Shown here one piece after another: positions 56,020-64,000 of a DNA stretch of 64,000 nt (position 1 is its first letter; each line of letters starts with the position of its first letter). Source of the stretch: Pelagomonas calceolata. Lineage: Eukaryota. A model generated the notes under the pieces. The model was given only the letters and a program-made list of their open reading frames with translations. It made no database searches and was not told where the DNA came from. The stretch is from positions 2,294,001-2,358,000 of the forward strand of contig CAKKNE010000001.1 in assembly GCA_918797485.1 (NCBI GenBank). Reading direction: 5' to 3'. A program made the position numbers and the translations under genes.

Positions 56020-58156
56020 ATGCGGTGCACATTACTCCTCCTCGCCGCCACGACAAGCGCCAAGCGCCTCCTCCCGAAAGCACTGACGAGCCCGGCAACC
56101 AGCAAAAAGTACTTCCGCCAGTACCGGAAATGGCAAAAACGCACGACCAATAGGGCGGAGCGTCTAACACGGACGAGCGTCGAGGAGTTGTCTGGATTAT
56201 TATTTAGTAGGGACCCGCACACGGACGACCATTCCTTAGCGGCAAATGTCAAAGCTGGTTTAGCCACGGCAGTAGCCGTCGCGCCCGAAGCGCTGCAATT
56301 CGCGTTGATCGCCGGCGTCCACCCCCTCGTAGGGCTCGGAAGCACCTTAGTCGTCGGCCTGAACTGCGCTTTATTTGGGGGGCGGCCGGGCATGGTCTCC
56401 GGCGCGTCGGCGACTTGTGCTTTAGTGGTGGCGCCACTAGGCAAAGAACAACCGGAGGCCATTCCCACGGCGGTGGTCCTAGCGGGCCTCCTCCAACTCG
56501 CGATCGGCTACCTGAAAGGTGGGCGCTTGGTGCGCATGCTGCCGCACCCGGTCGTCCTCGGCTTTGTGAACGGTCTGGCCGTTAAAGTGATACTAGCGCA
56601 GGTCGACCACTTCCAGTTCCCGCACGGCACGTGGCTGACCGGTTCCGCATTGATCAACCATTCGCTGCTGGCTCTACTCTCCTTCACGGTCATCGAGGGC
56701 ACGCCGTCGTTCATCGCGGAGTGGGCGCCGGCGCCGCTGCTGGCCATGCTAGCTTGTCTCTCATTATCACCGTTCATGCCGGGAGTGCCTCTATTGCGAG
56801 ATGTTGTGGGCGAGGAGGCCTTCACGGGCGGTCCCGGAGCTTTACGGTACGCGTTTCCGTCCTACAGTCTGACATCATTCACAACAGCTCTCCCCTACGC
56901 TTGTGAGCTGGCCGCCGTTGGGTTACTCCAGTCTCTGTTAACCCTACAATTGGTCGACGGTTTAACAAGGGGCAACAAGTACGGACGGGGCCGCGCGTCG
57001 CGCGAATGCCGGTCACTAGGCCTCGGAAACTTATTATCAGGCTTGTGTGGCGGCATTGGGGGATGTGGATTGTTAGGACAATCATTAGTGAACGTGGCCT
57101 GCGGCGGCACTGGAAGAACATCAGCAGTAGCTTACGTCGCGTTTGTGCTCTTCGGTCTAGTCCTGTGTGGAAATCAAAATTTTACGACGCGTTCGTGCTG
57201 AATCACATCGTCGTCCTCCACGCCATCGACGCGACGCCTGCTCGATGGCGTGACGATGCCGATTCCTCGCCGCTCGACGGAACCAGCGCGGCCACGCCAT
57301 CGCTGAGAAATGACTTAGTGAAGAATTGTCGGGTGCACCTGACACACTGGTTGATTTCCACACAGGTCTAGTCTACTGCGGGTCATTGCTAGGAAGCATC
57401 CCCATCGGCGCGTTAGTGGGTCTCATGCTGGCGGTGGCAAGACATACTTTCTCCTGGTCGTCCATCCGGTTACTCAAGGACCGGAGGTGTACGGCTCTCG
57501 ATGCGTTAACTATTTGGGGCGTCTCTTTACTCACGGTGAAGAAGGGTCTAGCGGTATCCGTGGTCGTAGGCGTCTGCGTGACGGCGTTGCGGTTCTGCTG
57601 GGAGACGGCCAATGACCTGTACTCGTCCCACGAGGAAGGATTGGGGCGAAGAGAAATCGAGATGCACGGAACTTTGTTTTTCGGGTCGGCGGCGGCGTTC
57701 GCGAACCATGTGGCACCGACGCAGTCAGATAGGGCCTACGGGCGGTCGTGGCGACGGAAAGTGCTCAGAAGAACAGTTGTGGTCGACTTCGCGCAGTGTC
57801 GGGTCGCCGACGCGTCGGCTATTGCTGCGATTGATGCGGCTTGTCGCGCTTATGGTGATCTGGGAATCACGCTGGTCTTGAGGCATTTGTCGTCGGACGC
57901 TCGGACCTTACTCCAAGCGGCGTCGGCCGTCCTCGAAACTAGTGATGATGATCCAGTGTATGATGTGGCGGACGACATTCCGATCAAGCCGGAGCAGCTT
58001 TTGGATAACCGGGCGCCGCGGGCGGACACGGTCGTGGTGAAGCCTCCCGACCGCAAAACAGTAGTCGTCCCGTCCGTTCCTGCGATTTGTTTGTTCTTGC
58101 TGGCGGTGTGGAAGAGTGAATCGGCGTCGGCGTCGGCGTCGAAGCGGCGGCGCTAG
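56020..58156 (+). CDS. SulP/SLC26 anion (sulfate/bicarbonate) transporter with a STAS domain; 2 exons (56020-57154, 57366-58156), ~641 aa
   Basis: AGLATAVAVAPEALQFA, GGRPGMVSG, PVVLGFVNG, GQSLVNV, GTLFFGSA and DASAIAAI, plus an N-terminal signal peptide. Confidence 0.9.
57155..57373 (+). mobile_element. Introner: non-autonomous DNA transposon (57163-57365, 203 bp) with 15-bp TIRs and an 8-bp TSD, spliced as a 211-nt intron (57155-57365)
   Basis: TIRs CTGTGTGGAAATCAA (57163-57177) and TTGATTTCCACACAG (57351-57365). TSD GTCTAGTC at 57155-57162 and 57366-57373. Confidence 0.95.
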
Positions 58157-58403
58157 GTTGTGTAACTGTGTGGCTGTTGAGAATACGCGTCCCGAATTTC
58201 AGTGTCTTATTGACGCTAGCTGATTATGTGTGACGTGCAAGCAACGCTCTGCCCTCTCAAACAGCACCCCAGAGCACCCAGACATAACCCCAGTTGTGGA
58301 GCAGCCACAAATTACGTCCACGAGTCGATTCTGTGCGAAACCGTAGCCTTCGAGCACTCGCGGAGCCCTCAGAGCACTGGTTTGCAGTACAGCATTTTTC
58401 ACG

Positions 58404-58739
58404 ATGACGACGCGAAGTAGACGAAGAAGCCTCCATCTCCTGCTACTCGCCGCGGGCGGCCGCGCCTTCGCACCGATGAACCTCGCCGCGCCGACGCTCC
58501 GCGCCGCAACAATCAAAGCCGCGCGGTCAAATGGAGATGCCTGCCGCCCGTCCGCCTGCGAGGCGACCGAGGCCTTCCGCCGCGGCCTCGAGGCGCGCTT
58601 CGTGACGGGCACGCTCACCGAGCGCGCGCCGGCCGGGCCCGGCGAGCTCGCTTCCATACTACGCATGCGCGCGGTCCTCGACGAGCCGCCCGACGCCTGG
58701 GACGCGCTCTGCGGCGAGGAGTGCACGATCGAGTGGTAG
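58404..58739 (+). CDS. Small hypothetical protein, probably plastid-targeted (111 aa)
   Basis: Signal peptide ending GRA-FAP; GC3-rich codons. Confidence 0.55.
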   Translation: MTTRSRRRSLHLLLLAAGGRAFAPMNLAAPTLRAATIKAARSNGDACRPSACEATEAFRRGLEARFVTGTLTERAPAGPGELASILRMRAVLDEPPDAWDALCGEECTIEW

Positions 58740-58799
58740 TTTTTGTGTGTGGCGACGCGCGGGCCACCCGCGCGCGCCGTGACCTAAGAGAATCTTAGA

Positions 58800-59954
58800 C
58801 TAGACCCTCATGTCGGCCAGTGCTTCGGCGAGCCCCGTTTCGCGGGCGCGGAGCACGGCTCGCGCGTCTTGAAGGACTTTCTCAATATTCGCTACGTCTG
58901 GGTGGGCGCCACCGAACACACGCCGCGCGATGCGTTCAATCTCCTCGAGTGTATTCACGGCCTCGTTGAGATCGTCGAGCGTGGCCGTGGAGTCCTTGTA
59001 GAGCGCCATCGCGTAGGTTAACCTCATATGGAGCGTGGTATCATCACTCTCGCCGAGAACGCGTCGCGACACGGGCATCGTTTTGCGCAACAGCGTTTTG
59101 GCTTCTGCGAAGCGCTGTAGATCAAGAAGGGACGCCGCATAGTTGTTGGCTTCTATGAGAGTTTCTCTATGTTCCGTGCCATAGAGGTTCAAATGTCCAG
59201 TGTATCCGTCCCGTTTCATTTGCAAGGCCTCTTCAAACCGTCCAAGCGATCGATACGTGGCCGCAAGATTGCTCTGCACGGCGAGTATGTTGCTTTCCCT
59301 ATCGCCGAGGCGCCGCCGCATAGCCAACTCGGCCTCTCTCACGGACAACGCGTCCTCGAGGTGGTCTGCATCGGATAGACCGCTTCCAAGCACGCTCATC
59401 GCACATTGCCGAAAACTGTCCGTCTCCGGCCGCCCCACATACGTCTTCCAGCAAGCCCACCCGAGCGCGCAATACACGACGCCATGGTAGTGTTGCTCGC
59501 ACAGGCTACACGTGTACCACCGATGCCACCTCGCATTCTTCGTCTTGGCCCCCAAATTGTTCTCCACGGCCTCTGCGACCAAAATCTTCGCCTGCTCCGC
59601 CAGGCACGACACGTGCGCGAAGCCCGCCGTCCCGCGGCACGCACACATCCGCACGAGACCTTCCTTCGTTTTCCAATGCAAAGCCTGCGTGCAGATGTAG
59701 CACGTCTGCCCCTTCGTGTCCTCGGCGCACGCCTCCGCCGCGGCCGCCACAGCGTTCGTGTACTTCTGATTCGCATTGTACTGCTCGGCGCCGCCTGCTT
59801 TTTTTATTTTCCTACAGAGCTGGTCGTGCCCGCCTTCTTTCCAGTGCTGCACCTGGCAGGCTGCCCCGCAGTAGCGCGTGCTGCAGCGGCCGCATTTCTT
59901 GCCCAATGATAAGCCAAGCTCGGTGGCGCAGACGGCACACTGCGTGAGGATCAT
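58800..59954 (-). CDS. MYND zinc finger + RING-variant + TPR-repeat protein (~384 aa)
   Basis: MYND CAVC..KCGRCSTRYCGAACQVQHWKEGGHDQLC, RINGv CYIC..CACRGTAGFAHVSCL and kinesin-light-chain-type TPRs. Confidence 0.85.
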   Translation of the reverse strand: MILTQCAVCATELGLSLGKKCGRCSTRYCGAACQVQHWKEGGHDQLCRKIKKAGGAEQYNANQKYTNAVAAAAEACAEDTKGQTCYICTQALHWKTKEGLVRMCACRGTAGFAHVSCLAEQAKILVAEAVENNLGAKTKNARWHRWYTCSLCEQHYHGVVYCALGWACWKTYVGRPETDSFRQCAMSVLGSGLSDADHLEDALSVREAELAMRRRLGDRESNILAVQSNLAATYRSLGRFEEALQMKRDGYTGHLNLYGTEHRETLIEANNYAASLLDLQRFAEAKTLLRKTMPVSRRVLGESDDTTLHMRLTYAMALYKDSTATLDDLNEAVNTLEEIERIARRVFGGAHPDVANIEKVLQDARAVLRARETGLAEALADMRV

Positions 59955-60084
59955 CACCTGCTCCAAGGCAGCCTCGGGCAGCACAGTGAGCGGACAAAGC
60001 CTTTCGCACAGGCCGTCGCCGTCGCAGGCAACTTGAGAAGCAAAGGCAAACTTGAGAAGGAGGACTTAGGGAGGAAGACACTAC

Positions 60085-61122
60085 TCACGTCGCCGCGAAC
60101 GCCTCGCCGAACGCGCCGCCGTCGTCCTGCGGCGACGGCTTGCGGAACTTTTGCGCCCTTCTATGGGCCGCCCGCGCGATCCAGCGCGCGCGCGTGGCCG
60201 GCGCTAATACAAAACCCGACGTGCGGCAGGCGAGGACGCCCTCGCCCTTTTGGCCTTCCTCGGGCGGCTCGACGCAGCGCAGCAGGAACGCGTTCCAGAC
60301 GTCGTCCGTGTCGTCGCAGGGCCGCGATTCCGTCACGTGTTGATCGTTGCGCGCGGCTCTATGCTGCAACGCCTCGAGGGCCGGAAAGAGTTTCGACGGC
60401 CGGAAGGGGAGCTCGCGCCAGAACCTTTCCGCCGCGGGCAGCGCGTCGTTCAGTTCACTGGACGAGCTTTGGAGCAGCAAATTGTCCAAGAATTCATTGG
60501 TCGAGCAACTTTTCTCCAATAAAACCGCGTAGGCCTCGCGCACCGCGTCTTCGGGCGCGACGCAATTGTCTCCATCACAGAGAGCTGCTCTTTCTCGAGC
60601 TGCGGACGCGTACCGCGCCACGAGCTCCTCCGTCGTCTCTCCGTACAGACGCCACCGGCCGGTCTTGCCGTACGTCCTTACGCCGTCGCCGGCGTGCGTC
60701 AACGCGCGTAGCGGGAGGATCGATCGCCCTCGCACGTACTTGCGGACCGCTCGCCGCGCCACAGCTGCCGCAGTCGCTCTAGAGCGCAGATCCGCTATCG
60801 ACCGCGAGTTCCTATTGGCGCGCCAATTTTTGAGTTGAGCTAATCTACGTTTTCGTGCCGCGCGTGTCAAAGGTCGCGCATTGAGCGGTGGTTTCGACGG
60901 TAATGCTAGAACGCGCGGGAGCAGCTGCTGGTACAAAGCTCTCGCTTCCGCGGCGTCCAAGTCGCCCCACACGGAGGTAGTACCATATAACCTCTCAAGG
61001 GTACAAACCATGCCGTCTTCGTCGGCGGACGTGGCTCTGTTCAGCCGGCTCCGGTGGCGGCGCCTTATATGAGGTTGGAGCGCGCGCGCGAGGGCCGCGG
61101 CTATCACGAATCGTTTGTACAT
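60085..61122 (-). CDS. Hypothetical protein with a signal/transit peptide (345 aa)
   Basis: MYKRFVIAAALARA-LQP N-terminus; a long ORF with coding-like composition. Confidence 0.6.
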   Translation of the reverse strand: MYKRFVIAAALARALQPHIRRRHRSRLNRATSADEDGMVCTLERLYGTTSVWGDLDAAEARALYQQLLPRVLALPSKPPLNARPLTRAARKRRLAQLKNWRANRNSRSIADLRSRATAAAVARRAVRKYVRGRSILPLRALTHAGDGVRTYGKTGRWRLYGETTEELVARYASAARERAALCDGDNCVAPEDAVREAYAVLLEKSCSTNEFLDNLLLQSSSSELNDALPAAERFWRELPFRPSKLFPALEALQHRAARNDQHVTESRPCDDTDDVWNAFLLRCVEPPEEGQKGEGVLACRTSGFVLAPATRARWIARAAHRRAQKFRKPSPQDDGGAFGEAFAAT

Positions 61123-61804
61123 CGTCGTTGGTGGTTCCCGCCCACGCAGGGCGGTGGCGCGCTCGCCGTTACGGGTTCGGGGGCCTTGGGTGGCCTCGGT
61201 GCCGTTTCGCTGTCGACGTGACAGGTAGGGCGCGCGTATTCAGCGGTCTGCGCGCGCCGTTTAAGGGTCTGGCGTCGAGCAGCTGCTAAGGCGGCAAGAG
61301 ACAGAGCGCCTCAAGGGGAGAGCCTAGCGGAGCAAAGCTGTCCGGGCGCGACCGTACGTGATAGGGCGGTGTCTCAGGACCGCAGCGAACGCGTAAGATC
61401 GTCGCAGGATGCCGTGAAACTGTCGCTCTGCAGCGCTCAGTGCACTCATCTGCCCTCTGATCTCTATCCGCTTCGCCTGCTAGGAAGGCTCCCGCCGTCG
61501 CATGACGGGGCCAGACACGTCTCACGAGAGAGATGGGCCGTTTCTTGCGAGCTATGAGATTCAAAGCTAAACCTAGCGTCGTAAAAGCTCTAGAATACGG
61601 CTGAATACGGCTGGGAGCCGGCGCGAACAAGCGGGCCTAACCGCAGGCCATCCGTGCAGCGCGCGAGCCGCGGACACCTCCAGAGGCACCACAACCTAGC
61701 GGCGCAACAGCGCGGCCGGCGCGGCACATCACCAGTGCGCGCGCAGCGGAAAGCGACCTCGGTAGTCAGGCGCACCGCGCGGCGCGGCGCGGCGCACCAA
61801 ACCC

Positions 61805-63321
61805 ATGGGCCAGGCCCCGAGCGGCCAGGGCGGCGGCCCGCCGCCCGAGCGCGACCCCGAGAAGGAGAAGGCCGAGCGGGAACGCAGGAAGAAGTCGTAC
61901 GCCGCCCGACCGCCGCTCCACACCGGACGAAGAAGGCGACGAAACCGGGGCACGGGCACTTCTGGTAAATTACCAAAAGTCTACCCGACGTCCAAGTGCA
62001 AACTACGCCTGCTCAAGTTGGAACGGATCAAAGACTATTTGCTCATGGAACAAGAATTTATTCGGAACCAGGAGGTCTTCAAGCCCCACGAGGAGAAGGA
62101 TAAAGAAGAAAGGGACAAGATGGAGGACATCCGCGGGAGTCCCTTAGCGGTCGGTTCATTGGAGGAGATGATCGACGACACGCGCGTGGTCGGCGTCCTT
62201 GATATACATATACTTGATACATACATACATACATACATACATACATACATACACCCATGCGTTCGAGTGGCGCCGCGCGTCGATGGCGTGGCGACGCGAC
62301 GCCATCGACGCGACGCCGTCGCCGCGACACCGCCCATCATACATACATACACAGGCACGCCATCGTCTCGTCGAGCGTCGGCCCCGAGTACTACGTCTCG
62401 GTCATGTCCTTCGTGAACCAAGACTTGCTCGAGCCGGGCTGCTCCGTACTGTTACACAACAAGGTCATGGGCGTAGTAGGTATCCTGTCGGACGACACGG
62501 ACCCGATGGTGAGCGTCATGAAGGTCGACAAAGCCCCGCTCGAGAGTTATGCTGATATTGGCGGTCTAGAAACCCAAATCCAGGAGATCAAGGAGGCGGT
62601 GGAGTTACCGTTAGCGCATCCCGAGCTTTATGAGGAGGTCGGTATCAAGCCCCCGAAGGGTGTTATCTTGTATGGGGTCCCCGGTACCGGTAAAACTCTC
62701 CTAGCCAAAGCTGTCGCGAACCAGACCTCAGCTACCTTTTTGAGGGTTGTCGGGAGCGAGCTCATCCAGAAGTATTTAGGGGATGGCCCGAAGCTCGTGA
62801 GGGAGCTTTTTAGAGTCGCTGATGACTTATCTCCTACGATCGTGTTCATCGACGAGATCGACGCGGTCGGTTCGAAGCGCTATGATTCGCAGTCGGGCGG
62901 GACGCGGGAGATCCAGCGGACGATGCTCGAATTGCTGAATCAGCTCGACGGGTTCGACGAACGAGGCGACGTGAAAGTCATCATGGCGACGAACAAGATC
63001 GAGAGCTTGGATCCGGCTCTGATCCGGCCGGGGCGCATCGACCGGAAGATCGAGTTCCCGCTGCCGGACATCAAAACGAAAAGACACATCTTCAACATCC
63101 ATACGGGTCGCATGTCGCTCGGCGAAGACGTGGACCTCGAGACCTTCGTCATGGCCAAGGACGAGCTGTCCGGTGCGGACATCAAAGCGGTCTGCACGGA
63201 GGCTGGTTTACTGGCGTTGCGAGAGCGTCGGATGAAGGTGACGCAGGACGACTTCGTCAAGGCCAAGGAGAAGGCGCTGTACCAGAAGAAGGGCAACATC
63301 CCCGAGGGGCTCTACATCTAG
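61805..63321 (+). CDS. RPT2: 26S proteasome AAA-ATPase subunit RPT2/PSMC1; 2 exons (61805-62181, 62355-63321), 447 aa
   Basis: MGQ start, [60 protein letters not shown] and C-terminal EGLYI. Confidence 0.97.
62182..62354 (+). other. GC-AG intron, 173 nt, with an (ATAC)9 microsatellite and a 14-bp inverted repeat
   Basis: ac|GCGCGT...ACACAG|g restores the conserved EEMIDDTHAIVSS. ATAC array at 62217-62252; inverted repeat at 62276-62289 / 62299-62312. Confidence 0.9.
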
Positions 63322-63824
63322 GCTGGGGTTTAAGTCGGGGTTTAGCTATCGCGGGCGCGTTCTACTGAGACGGAAGCTGCTGTATGGAAGGCCCGCGCCC
63401 GCCGCCCACTAGTCCTCGCACCGCGACGGCAAATACAAGACCGGGCCGAGGCGTGGGCCCATGGGCTGAGGGCCGCGGCCGCGGAGTTAACCGAAGCCCC
63501 AAACGGCCGCAGGGCCCAAGAGGCGTCCGGGAGGCGTCTCCAAGGAGCTAACGGACCCGCGGAGGCGTCCGGCACTAGACTCAACGGTCGGATCTCGTGT
63601 GCGTGGCCCATCTTCGGCGTGATCGCGGCGCAATTGTGAATAAGGCCGGCTGCGCGGGTGCCCGTGGCTGCACCGTGCAGGTCTCTCGCGCGAACGGGGC
63701 TGCGTCCGCAGCGCATAGGTCGCGTGCGCGTACTTTGGGCTGCCTCCGTGCAAGCCGGGACAGCTTGGGTTGAGCGGGCGAGGCGGGCTGAGCGGGCGAC
63801 GAGGAGCCGACTCGCGGGGCAGGG

Positions 63825-64000
63825 ATGGCGCTGGCGGACGCCATCGCCCAGGTCACTCCCCTCGAAGCGCCGCGCACGCTGGGTCGCGTGTCGCCCGCGT
63901 CGGGCCGCGCGAGCCCGGTGCCGACGCTCGAGGACTTTGCTGTCTTGTGCGAGGTTGGGAGAGGCGCATTCGGTAGAGTCGTATTGGCGCGATGCAAAGC
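63825..64000 (+). CDS. N-terminus of a Ser/Thr protein kinase (AGC-like), truncated by the window end; not in the ORF track
   Basis: Hand translation MALADAIAQ...TLEDFAVLCEVGRGAFGRVVLARCK shows the GxGxxGxV loop. Confidence 0.8.
   Translation, partial: MALADAIAQVTPLEAPRTLGRVSPASGRASPVPTLEDFAVLCEVGRGAFGRVVLARCK

Noticed and set aside
58404..58739. CP12 identity for the small plastid-targeted protein
   Set aside because: It has two Cys pairs and an AWD, but the spacing and order do not fit the CP12 consensus. Left as hypothetical.
1390..62312. Shared 14-mer as a CRISPR repeat or bacterial REP element
   Set aside because: The copies are dispersed, mostly intronic, not arrayed with spacers, and there are no cas genes. 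The context is eukaryotic.

Overview
Gene-dense, GC-rich eukaryotic DNA, most consistent with a pelagophyte alga (Pelagomonas/Aureococcus-like). That assignment is an inference from ASAFAP-type plastid presequences, an axonemal dynein and an introner with an 8-bp target-site duplication (TSD). About 23 protein genes are supported, 3 of them partial or uncertain. They include a cytochrome b5-FAD oxidoreductase fusion, a 3456-aa bromo/ankyrin/UvrD-helicase/RING/SAM protein, two divergent aquaporins (one a tandem double MIP), a Tudor-PHD-PhyH dioxygenase, a rhodopsin-histidine kinase-receiver, PNPase, threonine synthase, a Rieske PAO-like oxygenase, a dynein heavy chain, a SulP transporter and proteasome RPT2. 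I could place seven introns by hand. One is an intact transposon-derived introner (15-bp terminal inverted repeats (TIRs), 8-bp TSD, seamless splicing). Six of the seven carry the same 14-mer, ACGCCATCGACGCG (exact in five, degenerate in one), often as an inverted pair, and three use GC donors. A second motif, GCTAGCG..TAAGACACTAG, recurs in eight intergenic regions upstream of genes. I found no rRNA, tRNA or CRISPR array. All calls come from reading the sequence; no database search was run.
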